Shown: positions 11,083 to 20,244, numbered from the stretch's first letter. The stretch: 64,000 bases of DNA from an uncultured Gemmatimonadota bacterium (GCA_951812955.1 OX638340.1:864001-928000); one strand, 5' to 3'. Numbers and translations are program-made. Notes: a model not told the origin generated them from the sequence alone.

Positions 11083-11813
11083 TCTTAAGAGACCGCACGG
11101 CCATCGTCACCGGCGGCGGACAGGGAATCGGCCGGGCCATATGCGGAATCTTCGCGGAAGAAGGCGCTACCGTCGTCGTCGTGGATATCGATGCAGACCG
11201 TGCAGGGGAGACGGCTCGCCAATTGAATGAGAAGGGCTACCCCGCAAGAGCCGTCCGGACGGACGTCTCCGTCGGGGCGGAGATCGACGCCCTGGTCGAC
11301 GGGGCCGTCAAGGACTACGGCCGCGTTGACATACTCGTGAACAACGCGGGACTCGCCCTGTTCAGGTCAGTGGAACTGTGCACGGAGGCAGAATGGGACC
11401 GTGTTATGGCAGTAAACCTCAAGGGACCGTTTCTGCTCGCAAAGGCCCTTTTGCCCGCGATGAAAGCGCAGCGGTCCGGGGCCGTGATCAACCTGGCCTC
11501 GGTGGCGGGGAAGACCGGCGGTGTGGTGTCCGGCGCGCCCTACTCGGTATCCAAGGCCGGAATCGAGTGCCTGACCAAGTCGCTGGCCCGGGAACTGGCG
11601 CCGTTCGGGGTACGGGTCAACGCCATCGCGCCCGGAATAATCGATACCGCCTTGACCGCCAATCACGATCCATCGTTCGTCGAAGCAATCCCCCTGGGAG
11701 GGAAGGGTGAACCCCGGGACGTGGCCGAGGCGGCGCTGTTTCTGGCATCGGACAGGTCGCGGCACATCACCGGCGAGATCCTGGACGTCAACGGCGGCCT
11801 GCTGATGGACTGA
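11079..11813 (+). CDS. SDR-family oxidoreductase (FabG-like)
   Basis: TGGGQGIGRA Rossmann motif, NNAG, and the YSVSKAG (YxxxK) catalytic motif. Its start overlaps the upstream stop as ATGA. Confidence 0.85.
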   Translation: MILRDRTAIVTGGGQGIGRAICGIFAEEGATVVVVDIDADRAGETARQLNEKGYPARAVRTDVSVGAEIDALVDGAVKDYGRVDILVNNAGLALFRSVELCTEAEWDRVMAVNLKGPFLLAKALLPAMKAQRSGAVINLASVAGKTGGVVSGAPYSVSKAGIECLTKSLARELAPFGVRVNAIAPGIIDTALTANHDPSFVEAIPLGGKGEPRDVAEAALFLASDRSRHITGEILDVNGGLLMD

Positions 11814-11850
11814 CCGGGCCCCGGCACCGTATTGCTGATGGACTGACCGG
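11801..11850. repeat. Tandem duplication (about 17-bp core GCTGATGGACTGACCGG, twice) spanning the SDR stop codon
   Basis: Read directly at 11801-11817 and 11834-11850. The first copy contains the gene's TGA. Confidence 0.6.
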
Positions 11851-11886
11851 CACCCTGGCATTCATGTCGATCGTAAGGACGGGAAG

Positions 11887-12543
11887 TTGCCTGCCATGAC
11901 CGCAGCGGTTTCAAATTTCGCCGTGGATGTCGTTGACCGGTATGCGAAGGATCCCGGCAGGGTCGCCCTGCAATGGCAAAAAGCCGGCGCCGTGGCGACG
12001 GACGTCACCTTCCTGGATCTGAAAATACGTTCCGAAAAGGTCGCCCACGTGCTTCACCGTCACGGTGTGCGCCCGGGCCATCGGGTATTCATCCTGCTTC
12101 CTCCCTGCATGGCCTGGTGGGAGTCGATAGTTGGATGCATGCGGGCCGGCGCCGTGGCCGCGCTGGGGCAGGACGCATCCGATGCGCGGTTACTAAAGGA
12201 TCAGATCATTCAGTCCCGATCGACGCTCGTAATCGCGTCGGCCTCGCTTGCTGACCAGGTCGGCCGCATCATGGATGGCTGTACCGGGATCGCCCACTGG
12301 TTCTCCGTCGGCTGGGAGCGCGAGGGCTGGGTGGACTACGACCGCCGCGTCTCCCTCGCTCCGGCCGGGTTCAAGGCGGTTGAGACCCGGGAAACCGACC
12401 CCTGTATCGTCGTGTACGACCGGGGAACATCAGCCAGCGGAACAACACACCGGCACGGCGATGAAGGCTACGATCTGGAGCAGCTCGACGCGTGGCGCGA
12501 CGGGCTGGCCATCGCGGTGCACGACGCCTCCGAGCATCCATGA
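11887..12543 (+). CDS. AMP-binding (acyl-CoA synthetase-like) N-terminal domain only, with a degenerate P-loop; translationally coupled to the downstream CoA-transferase
   Basis: 218 aa resembling the first ~200 aa of adenylate-forming enzymes. The core TSGTTGxPKG motif is replaced by DRGTSASGTTHRHGD. The ORF ends in ATGA overlapping the next start. The C-terminal two-thirds of a normal ~500-aa synthetase is absent. Confidence 0.55.
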   Translation: MPAMTAAVSNFAVDVVDRYAKDPGRVALQWQKAGAVATDVTFLDLKIRSEKVAHVLHRHGVRPGHRVFILLPPCMAWWESIVGCMRAGAVAALGQDASDARLLKDQIIQSRSTLVIASASLADQVGRIMDGCTGIAHWFSVGWEREGWVDYDRRVSLAPAGFKAVETRETDPCIVVYDRGTSASGTTHRHGDEGYDLEQLDAWRDGLAIAVHDASEHP

Positions 12544-13700
12544 TACCCGCGCTGACCGACCACCTCGTCCTGGAGCTGACCACGCAGTTGCCGGGTCCCT
12601 ACTGCGCCATGCTGCTCGCAGATCTCGGCGCCAGTGTGATCAAGGTGGAGCCGCCCGGCGGAGATCCCCTGCGCCGTTTTCCCCCGGCTTTCGCCAGTGT
12701 CAACCGCGGCAAGCGGAATATCGTGATCGATTTAAAAAAGGAAGCGGGCGGGGAGGTCATGCGCCGCCTGGTCAGACGGGCGGACGTCGTGCTGGAGGGA
12801 TTCCGGCCTGGCGTGGCCGGACGGCTCGGCGTGGACTACCCCTCGGTAAAACACCTCAATCCCGCCATCGTGTATTGCTCCATTTCGGGGTTTGGCCAAG
12901 AAGGCCCCTACCGGAACCGCGCCGGTCATGACATCAACTATCTCGCGATCGGTGGTCTGCTGGGACGCGGCGATCCGCCCGCGGTCCCTCCCGTTCTGAT
13001 TTCGGACCTGTCCTCTGGCCTGTACGCCGCGCTGGCCGTTTCCGCCGCGCTGATGCACCGGACGGCCACGGGAGAGGGTCGCTTTATCGATCTGTCCATG
13101 ACCGACTGCATCCTGTCCTGGATGGCCCTGGATATCGCCACTGCCGCGCAGGAACCTAACGCGGCGCGACAGCAGTTTCTCGGAGATATCCCGCACTATG
13201 GTGTATTCGAGACTTCGGACGGCCGGCACATCAGCCTCGGGATCGTCCACGAGGATCATTTCTGGACCCGCCTCTGCGATGTCCTGGGACTGGAAGACTG
13301 GCGGGACTGGTCCTCGGGAAAACGGTTGAACAGGGCGGCCGCGATACAGGGAAAACTCCAGGCCGTTTTCGCCACGGATTCCTGCCACGAATGGGACCGA
13401 AGGCTGCGGGAAGCCGATGTGCCCTGTGCCCCCATTTACAACCTTGACGAGCTGACGGACGATCCTTATATACAGTACCGGAATCCGTTTTACAGTCTCG
13501 AAGCTTCCGATCAGTCGGCGAGCCGTCAGGTCAAAGCGCCATACCGAACAGATGCGCCGGAGGCCGAAGCACCGCTCCCGCCTCCTGTCCTGGGCGAAAA
13601 TACACGGCAGGTACTCTCGCAGTCCGGGTACGACGACGGTGAAATCGACCGCTTGATACAACAGGGTGCAGTACACGAATCCCATAACGGGGAGAAGTAA
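12540..13700 (+). CDS. Family III CoA-transferase (CaiB/BaiF/alpha-methylacyl-CoA racemase family)
   Basis: The N-terminus LELTTQLPGPYCAMLLADLGASVIKVEPPGGDP is characteristic of the family. About 386 aa. Confidence 0.85.
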   Translation: MIPALTDHLVLELTTQLPGPYCAMLLADLGASVIKVEPPGGDPLRRFPPAFASVNRGKRNIVIDLKKEAGGEVMRRLVRRADVVLEGFRPGVAGRLGVDYPSVKHLNPAIVYCSISGFGQEGPYRNRAGHDINYLAIGGLLGRGDPPAVPPVLISDLSSGLYAALAVSAALMHRTATGEGRFIDLSMTDCILSWMALDIATAAQEPNAARQQFLGDIPHYGVFETSDGRHISLGIVHEDHFWTRLCDVLGLEDWRDWSSGKRLNRAAAIQGKLQAVFATDSCHEWDRRLREADVPCAPIYNLDELTDDPYIQYRNPFYSLEASDQSASRQVKAPYRTDAPEAEAPLPPPVLGENTRQVLSQSGYDDGEIDRLIQQGAVHESHNGEK

Positions 13701-13721
13701 CCGAATCCTAAAGGAGATATC

Positions 13722-15455
13722 ATGAGCATCCGCGTGAGAAACTGGCGCGACCAGGCACCTTACGTCGGGCATATCAGCGCGTTGGTCTGGACGCTGTACC
13801 AGTCCCATGACAAAGACGAAACGTCTCCGCCGGACGTAAACCGGCTGCATGGGATCAACAGCTTCGTCAAGCACGGGCTGCAAGGCCACCAGCATTCGGA
13901 CCACCACAGTCACGACAGTATCGAGCAGTTGTACTTCATACTACGGGGGCGCGGCCAGCTCACCATCGGCGACGACAAGGTGGATGTCCGGGACGGTACG
14001 GCCGTCTACATGCCCGTAAACGTGCCTCACCAGGCCTTCAACGACGGAGATGGCTGGATGGAGCATCTTATCGTCAGTTGCCCGCTGGACGAAATCCGGG
14101 AGGGCACGTCCGCGGTCCGGGACTGGCGCGACGTCCATCCGGTGGTGCTGGGAGACGGGACCGTATCCTGGCCCCTGTTGCTGCGCGAAGAGGAGGCCCC
14201 GGCCGGCGAAGGCGGCGTTCTCCAACGCGTCCATAGCGTGACCCGCTACGCCGTCCAAGGACGCCGGGAGACCGACTGGCAAGAGCTGGACGGGATTGAG
14301 CTGGTCCACTACGTGATCAGCGGATATGGGACCATCGAAGAGCTGGACGATAACCAGCAGTTGGTCACGGAAGGCTCCGCGGTCCACGTACTTCCAGGCG
14401 AAGCACACAGATTCATAAACCAGGGCGAAGGATGGTTCGAATACGTCACGTTCGCGGTCGAAGTAGGAGAAATCGAGGTGCCGGATGAATCCGACCAGGA
14501 CGAGGACTCCGATGAAACGGCCGTGCAAGCCGGCGAGGCGGAAGCCGCCGCCGCTACGGTATTGACGGATGTCGATTGGGATGAAGCCGACGCTGTGGAA
14601 ACCGAAGAAGAAATCGAGGAATCGGTGACTTCCGACGCGACCGAAGAGGATGTGGACGAGGCCGAGGCTGCAGTCGAATTGGAAGATGACGACTCCGGCG
14701 AAATCGAAGCTGCAGCCGATGAAACTGACGAGGATGCGGGGGACGAGGATGCGGGGGACGAGGATGCAGGAGACGCGGAGGAAGATGACGACTCCGGCGA
14801 AATCGAAGCTGCAGCCGATGAAGCAGACGAGGATGCGGGGGACGAGGATGCAGGAGACGCGGAGGAAGATGACGCGGAGGAAGATGACGACTCCGGCGAA
14901 ATCGAAGCTGCAGCCGATGAAGCTGACTCGGTAGAAGATGATGATGCCGAAGAAGATTCTGACGCGGTAGATGACGATGACGCGGAAGTCCAGGATCTGA
15001 CCGATATCGGCGAGGATCAGGAAGAAGACGGTGACGTCGACGACGCTGGAGTCGCCGAAATAGACGATGACGCCGAAGTAGACGATGACGCGGAAGTCGA
15101 GGATCTGACCGATACCGGCGAGGATCAGGAAGACGCGGAAGACTACGATGACGCCGAAATAGGCGATGACGCGGTAGAAGACGATAACCTGGAAGAAGAT
15201 ACTGACCCGGACGACGATGACGCGGAAGTAAACGACCTGGCAGATACTGGCGAGGATCAGGAAGACGCGGAGAACGCCTCGATCGAAGCAGAGGAAGAAG
15301 ACGGGACAGACGATTCATCAGGGGACGAGGAAGAGGAAGATTTCGACCTGGAAGACGATGACGCGGAGTTCGATGTCGAAGCCGAAGATGAAACCGCCGT
15401 GGAGGACGAAGCGGGGGATGAGGACGAGGATTCCCCTGATGCGGACAGACGGTAA
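13722..15455 (+). CDS. Bicupin-domain protein with a ~330-aa polyacidic, internally repetitive C-terminal tail
   Basis: Two cupin-like segments sit in residues 1-250 (HQHSDHHSHDSIEQLYFILRGRG...; VHYVISGYGTIEEL...AHRFINQGEGWFEY). The tail is composed almost only of D/E/A/G with repeated DDDSGEIEAAADE(A/T)DEDAGDEDAGD and AEV(Q/E/N)DL(T/A)D(I/T)GEDQED modules. Confidence 0.65.
   Translation: MSIRVRNWRDQAPYVGHISALVWTLYQSHDKDETSPPDVNRLHGINSFVKHGLQGHQHSDHHSHDSIEQLYFILRGRGQLTIGDDKVDVRDGTAVYMPVNVPHQAFNDGDGWMEHLIVSCPLDEIREGTSAVRDWRDVHPVVLGDGTVSWPLLLREEEAPAGEGGVLQRVHSVTRYAVQGRRETDWQELDGIELVHYVISGYGTIEELDDNQQLVTEGSAVHVLPGEAHRFINQGEGWFEYVTFAVEVGEIEVPDESDQDEDSDETAVQAGEAEAAAATVLTDVDWDEADAVETEEEIEESVTSDATEEDVDEAEAAVELEDDDSGEIEAAADETDEDAGDEDAGDEDAGDAEEDDDSGEIEAAADEADEDAGDEDAGDAEEDDAEEDDDSGEIEAAADEADSVEDDDAEEDSDAVDDDDAEVQDLTDIGEDQEEDGDVDDAGVAEIDDDAEVDDDAEVEDLTDTGEDQEDAEDYDDAEIGDDAVEDDNLEEDTDPDDDDAEVNDLADTGEDQEDAENASIEAEEEDGTDDSSGDEEEEDFDLEDDDAEFDVEAEDETAVEDEAGDEDEDSPDADRR
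14682..15260. repeat. In-frame tandem DNA repeats (about 99-114-bp units x3, then further about 60-bp units) encoding the acidic tail
   Basis: Units beginning gaagatgacgactccggcgaaatcgaagctgcagccgatgaa sit at about 14682, 14780 and 14880. A second repeat type (gaagt..aggatctgaccgata..ggcgaggatcaggaaga) recurs at about 14985, 15095 and 15225. Confidence 0.7.
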
Positions 15456-15467
15456 ACGAAAGCGTAC

Positions 15468-16370
15468 GTGAACAACCTACCCGCCCGATCGTTCGGGCGA
15501 ACCGGCATGCGTCCGGCGGCATTGGCCATGGGAGCCGCCTTTCTGCACGAGAGCCCCGAGGCAGTCGAAGCCATCCAGACCGCCCTGTCGCTGGGCATCA
15601 ACTATTTCGATACCTATCCGGGCCACCACGAGGAAAAGTGGGGAGAGGCGCTCTCCGGCGTACCCCGTTCCTCCTACTACCTCCAGGCCAAGATCGGCAC
15701 CCATCCCGATCGAAAAAAGGATTTCTCGGGGGACGGCGCCAGGTGGAGCCTGGACCGCAGCCTGCGGGACCTTAAGACAGACTATCTCGACTCCGTTCTC
15801 GTACACGATCCGACCGATGTGGATGAATTGCTGCACGAAGGTGCGGTATTCGACGTGCTGCGCCAATTGAAAGCGCAGGGCGTGGTGAGGAACATCGGGC
15901 TCGGCGCCCGGTCCCATGACTGGCACGTCCGGCTGATCGACGAAGGCATTTGCGACGTCTCCCTGACCTTCCTGGACTACACCCTGGTCAACCAGTCTGC
16001 CGCCGCAACCATCTTTCCATCGGCCAGAAAGCACGAAACCGGAGTAATCCTGGCCAGTGTGCAGGGCATGGGACTGCTGACCGGATCGGAACCCGATCCC
16101 GAGCGGGAGCGGGGCATGCATCCCGGATCCGAGCCGAGGGCGCACGGGATCTGGACCTGGTGCCGTGAGCACGGCGTCAACATTCGTCACCTGGCCATCC
16201 AATTCTGTCTGGCTGCGCCGGTGGACAGCGTGGTCATGTTCGGCCCGGCTTCTATCCGGCACGTGTACGATGCTTACGAGGCCGCCACGGAAACCATTCC
16301 ACCCGATATGTGGGAGAAACTCGAGCACGACTTCGGCATCCGGCTCGGGATGAGTGACGGGCCGTCGTAA
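15468..16370 (+). CDS. Aldo/keto reductase family oxidoreductase
   Basis: 300 aa of the AKR fold with the motifs INYFDTY, LQAKIG and DSVLVHDP. The true start may be the internal Met at about 15510. Confidence 0.7.
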   Translation: MNNLPARSFGRTGMRPAALAMGAAFLHESPEAVEAIQTALSLGINYFDTYPGHHEEKWGEALSGVPRSSYYLQAKIGTHPDRKKDFSGDGARWSLDRSLRDLKTDYLDSVLVHDPTDVDELLHEGAVFDVLRQLKAQGVVRNIGLGARSHDWHVRLIDEGICDVSLTFLDYTLVNQSAAATIFPSARKHETGVILASVQGMGLLTGSEPDPERERGMHPGSEPRAHGIWTWCREHGVNIRHLAIQFCLAAPVDSVVMFGPASIRHVYDAYEAATETIPPDMWEKLEHDFGIRLGMSDGPS

Positions 16371-16432
16371 CTACTGCAGCGTTCTTCAATGGAAACCCGC
16401 TCATCATGAGGCAATCTCGACCTCGTCCATTC

Positions 16433-16520
16433 CTGACGCCAGCATCACACGGAACCCGGTCCGCATGTCCTCCAATCCTGGCGCCAGCATCTCACGGAAC
16501 CCTATCCCCATGTCCTCACT
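16433..16520. repeat. About 45-bp tandem duplication that duplicates the amidohydrolase start region (two ATGTCCTC starts)
   Basis: gacgccagcatcacacggaacccggtccgcATGTCCTCC and ggcgccagcatctcacggaaccctatccccATGTCCTCA are read directly. Confidence 0.65.
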
Positions 16521-17271
16521 GACCTTCTCGCCCCGCGTACCCGTCATCGACGCGAATGTATGCGTGGGCAATCACCATACCGGACCATCGCCCTGCCAAA
16601 GTCCCGCGCATCTACTCGGCGAAATGGATTTTCACGGCGTCCGGCGCGCCGTGATCTATCACGCCCAGGGAGAACAGATAAGTCCGACCGACGGCAACAT
16701 GCACCTGGAGGACTGGCTCGACGCGGATGAAAGGCTCATCCCTCAATGGTCGGTCGCCCCGGTGGAAACATCCATGCGGCAGATCGCCGAACTACACCGA
16801 CGGGGCCGGGTGAAATCCGCCCGCCTGCACGATTGCCAATCCGCCGGCCTTCCGTTTCTCCCATGGGGTTACGACGACCTGCTGTCCTTACTCTCGAGCG
16901 AGAGGATTCCGCTCTGGATCCCGTTGATGGACGTGGAAGCGGATCACCTGGTCACGACGCTGAAGGCTTATCCGGACCTGTGCACGGTGCTCATCGGTGC
17001 GCATTACACCCACGCGCTGGTCGTACGGGGGCTGCTGGAAGCAAATTCCAATACCATGCTGGAACTCAGCCGCTACGAACCCATCGGAGAAGTGGAGGCG
17101 CTCGTGGATCGTTTCGGTGCGGATCGATTCGTATACGGGTCCTGGTATCCAAGGTACGCCATGGGTCCAATCCTGTTCTATCTGCATCACACGCGCATCA
17201 GCGAGGATGATCTCGCCCGGATCTGCGCCGGAAACGTCGAGCGGCTGCTCGGACTCACGGAGGGGTCATGA
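16510..17271 (+). CDS. Amidohydrolase-2 family (PF04909-like TIM-barrel metal-dependent hydrolase/decarboxylase)
   Basis: VIDANVCVGNHH at the N-terminus, a YGSWYP motif near the C-terminus, and about 254 aa. Start chosen at the second MSS (16510); the duplicated upstream MSS (16465) is an alternative start. Confidence 0.65.
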   Translation: MSSLTFSPRVPVIDANVCVGNHHTGPSPCQSPAHLLGEMDFHGVRRAVIYHAQGEQISPTDGNMHLEDWLDADERLIPQWSVAPVETSMRQIAELHRRGRVKSARLHDCQSAGLPFLPWGYDDLLSLLSSERIPLWIPLMDVEADHLVTTLKAYPDLCTVLIGAHYTHALVVRGLLEANSNTMLELSRYEPIGEVEALVDRFGADRFVYGSWYPRYAMGPILFYLHHTRISEDDLARICAGNVERLLGLTEGS

Positions 17272-18017
17272 TAGACGGCACGAGGGTGATCGATTACCAC
17301 GGGCACGTGGGCAGATGGGAACGTTACGGCATGGTGGACGACCCGGAACTCATCCTGGGTGCCATGGATGCCGTCGGAATCGATATTGCGTGCCTGTTCC
17401 ACATATTCCATCCGGACGGCACGACGGGCAACGATCTGACCGCGCAATTCGTCGCCCGGAACCCGGACCGCTTCGTGGGCTTCGCATACGTTTCCCCTAC
17501 CATGCCCGACCGCATGGTGCCCGAACTGGAAAGGGCGATCGACAAGCTCGGGTTTCCGGCCATCAAGCTCTACCCGCCCTATACGCCCTGGCCCTTCAAC
17601 GAGGAACCATGGCATCCGATCTATGAATTCGCCCAGGACCGGGGCCTGGCCATCATCTTCCATACAGACCATTTCATCAACAGCCGTCCCCGTTACTTTG
17701 AAGACCTCGCGCCGGCCTACCCACGGGTGAATTTCGTTTCCGCGCACTGCGGCAACGTGCCTGAAGCACGCGCGGAAGCCATCGCCGCCGCGCAGAAATT
17801 CCCGAATGTCTACCTGGAGACCTGTTCGACCTACCGGACGCCCGGCGTGATCGAAGAACTGGTGGAAAAGGGCGGAGCCGACCGCGTGCTGTACGGATCG
17901 GACATGCCCCTGATGGATCCAAGGCCGCAGATCGGAAAGATCATCACTGCCCGGATCTCAAACGAGGCGAAACGCATGGCGCTGGGTGAGAACGCGGCCC
18001 GGCTGCTGGGCATATAG
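17268..18017 (+). CDS. Amidohydrolase-2 family protein (paralog of the upstream gene)
   Basis: VIDYHGHVG, HTDH and YGSDMP motifs. ATGA overlap with the upstream paralog. Confidence 0.75.
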   Translation: MIDGTRVIDYHGHVGRWERYGMVDDPELILGAMDAVGIDIACLFHIFHPDGTTGNDLTAQFVARNPDRFVGFAYVSPTMPDRMVPELERAIDKLGFPAIKLYPPYTPWPFNEEPWHPIYEFAQDRGLAIIFHTDHFINSRPRYFEDLAPAYPRVNFVSAHCGNVPEARAEAIAAAQKFPNVYLETCSTYRTPGVIEELVEKGGADRVLYGSDMPLMDPRPQIGKIITARISNEAKRMALGENAARLLGI

Positions 18018-18072
18018 GACATCTGACGTATCCTTCTGATTCTGATCGACCACCCTCGACCTGGAGGTTTGC

Positions 18073-19065
18073 GTGATTCTCGGCCAAGCTGAACTGCACA
18101 ACGTACACGAATTGCTGGACGATCCCGGAGGACAGGGCAGCATCTGTTGCCGCGTACCGAATGACCTGCGCGTGACTTTAAACGAATCGGCGAAAAACAA
18201 CGCGCTGCAGGCAACGGGGTGCGAAATCCGATTCAACCTGGAGGGGTCACGGGCGGTCATCACGCTCCAAAGCCCCGAAGGTCCGACACTTGCGGAAGTA
18301 TACCAGGGCGATTTCTTCAGCGCCCTGCACATCGTCGACGCAACGCCGACGCGGATTGTCGTGGAACGTCCGGAGTCCGAGCCGGATATGCGCAAGGTAA
18401 CTCCGTCCAACGCGCGCTTCGACACCGGCCTTACCCGCGTAGTCCTGCCGTGGCGTCCCGCCGTCCGGCTGATCTCCATCGAGGGCGAGACATCGCTACC
18501 GGGACCTGAGCAGTCGCCGGACACCCGCTACCTCGCCTACGGTTCGTCGATCACCCACGGCAGCACGGCCGTGCGGCCCACGGGCACGTACCCCGCCCGC
18601 ACCGCCGAACTGCTCGGCACCGACCTGTTCAACCTGGGCTTCGGCGGAGGCGCCCACATGGAAGCGGGCATGGCGGATTACATCGCCGGGCGAGAGGATT
18701 GGCACGTCGCGACGCTCGAGATGGGCATCAACGTAGTCCAGTCCTTCGAAGTGGACGAGTTTCATCGGCGCGTGGAGTACTTCGTAACGACAATTGCTGA
18801 CGCCCATCCCGATGACTGGATCTTCTGCATTGACATCTTCCCGTGCCGATATGATTTTACGGGCGTCGAAAAGTGCGAGACTTTCCGGTCCATCGTGGCG
18901 GAGCGGGTCCGGCAACTGGACCGGCCGAAGCTGGTGCACGTTCCGGGAGATGCCATGCTTCGGTCAATCAACGGTCTTACGGTGGATCTCGTGCACCCGG
19001 CCCCCGGTGGGTTCGAAGAGATGGCGCGGAACCTGTCGGATATCATCAGTACACATCGAAAATAG
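18073..19065 (+). CDS. SGNH/GDSL-type hydrolase with an N-terminal extra domain
   Basis: The C-terminal half has a GSSITHG block-I serine motif, a GG block and a DLVHP block. The 150-aa N-terminal domain is of unknown function. Confidence 0.6.
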   Translation: MILGQAELHNVHELLDDPGGQGSICCRVPNDLRVTLNESAKNNALQATGCEIRFNLEGSRAVITLQSPEGPTLAEVYQGDFFSALHIVDATPTRIVVERPESEPDMRKVTPSNARFDTGLTRVVLPWRPAVRLISIEGETSLPGPEQSPDTRYLAYGSSITHGSTAVRPTGTYPARTAELLGTDLFNLGFGGGAHMEAGMADYIAGREDWHVATLEMGINVVQSFEVDEFHRRVEYFVTTIADAHPDDWIFCIDIFPCRYDFTGVEKCETFRSIVAERVRQLDRPKLVHVPGDAMLRSINGLTVDLVHPAPGGFEEMARNLSDIISTHRK

Positions 19066-19127
19066 ACGGTATCAGCACGTAACCGGCAAAGATCCTTTCA
19101 TCATCCAGCATACCAAAGGGGAAACAA

Positions 19128-20159
19128 ATGGAAACCATCCGGGTAGGCGTGGTCGGCGCAGGCACCAATACCGTGGCCATGCATATACCGAAACTCCAGG
19201 CGATCGAAGGGGTGGAGATCGTCAGCGTCTGCAACCGCAGTCGCGCATCCTCGGAACGCGTGGCCGCGCAGTTCGGCATACCGACCGTCTACGAGACGTG
19301 GACCGAACTGATCGAGGCCGACGATACCGATGCCATTGTCGTCGGCACCTGGCCCTACCTCCACTGCGCCACCACCTTGGCGGCCCTGGCAAACGGCAAG
19401 CACATCCTGACCGAGGCGCGCATGGCCATGAATCTCGAAGAGGCCCAGCTCATGCACGACGCCGCGCAGAGCAACCCGGATCTCGTCGCCCAGATCGTGC
19501 CTTCCCCCATGACGCTCTGGGCCGACAAGACCATCCAGCGCCTGATCGCGGAAGGCTACGTGGGCGACATACTCAGCGTGGAACTCCGCTCCTCCGGCAG
19601 CGACTTCATCGACCGCGACGGCCCCATGCACTGGCGGCAGAACGTCGATTTCAGCGGAATGAACATCATGACCATGGGCATCTGGTACGAGGCCATGCGA
19701 CGCTGGGTAGGGGATCCGCTGTCGGTGTATGCCCAGGGCAAGACCTTCACGAAAATGCGCCGTGATGCCGAAACGGGCGTAATGCGCGCCGTTAAGGTGC
19801 CGGAGCATATAGACATCGTGATGGACTTGATTTGCGGCGCGTCGGCCTATGTCAAGATTTCAACGGTCCAGGGACTCGCCGACGAAAGCGACGCCACGAT
19901 CTATGGCAGCGAAGGAACGATCCGCATGGGCGACGGGAAAATCTACGGGGCGCAACGTGGAGACGACGCCCTGGCCGAGATTGAAATACGTCCCGAAGAC
20001 CACGCGGAATGGCGTGTGGAAGAGGAATTCGTCAATGCCATCCGCGGCCTCGAAAAGGTTTCCCACACGCCTTTCGACGTAGGCGTCAAGTACATGGAAT
20101 TCACCGAGGCAGTGACCCGCAGCATGGCGGAAGGCAAGGCCATAGCCCTGCCGCTCTAG
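19128..20159 (+). CDS. Gfo/Idh/MocA family oxidoreductase
   Basis: VGVVGAGTNTVAMHIPKL Rossmann N-terminus, and the EARMAMNLEEAQ motif. Confidence 0.8.
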   Translation: METIRVGVVGAGTNTVAMHIPKLQAIEGVEIVSVCNRSRASSERVAAQFGIPTVYETWTELIEADDTDAIVVGTWPYLHCATTLAALANGKHILTEARMAMNLEEAQLMHDAAQSNPDLVAQIVPSPMTLWADKTIQRLIAEGYVGDILSVELRSSGSDFIDRDGPMHWRQNVDFSGMNIMTMGIWYEAMRRWVGDPLSVYAQGKTFTKMRRDAETGVMRAVKVPEHIDIVMDLICGASAYVKISTVQGLADESDATIYGSEGTIRMGDGKIYGAQRGDDALAEIEIRPEDHAEWRVEEEFVNAIRGLEKVSHTPFDVGVKYMEFTEAVTRSMAEGKAIALPL

Positions 20160-20244
20160 GCGGTAAATGACCAGGAGCCGGGAAACTGCACGCGGAAGTT
20201 TTGTTTTTAACTGAATTGCGGCTTACTTGACCGGGCAAGCGGGG

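Noticed and set aside
12540-13700. A missing C-terminal half of the AMP-binding enzyme hiding in another frame of the CoA-transferase region, which would make it a frameshifted full-length synthetase
   Set aside because: The overlapping frames (for example 12248..12931) are Arg/Pro-rich junk with no A8/A10 adenylation motifs. The CoA-transferase frame is strongly supported from its first residues.
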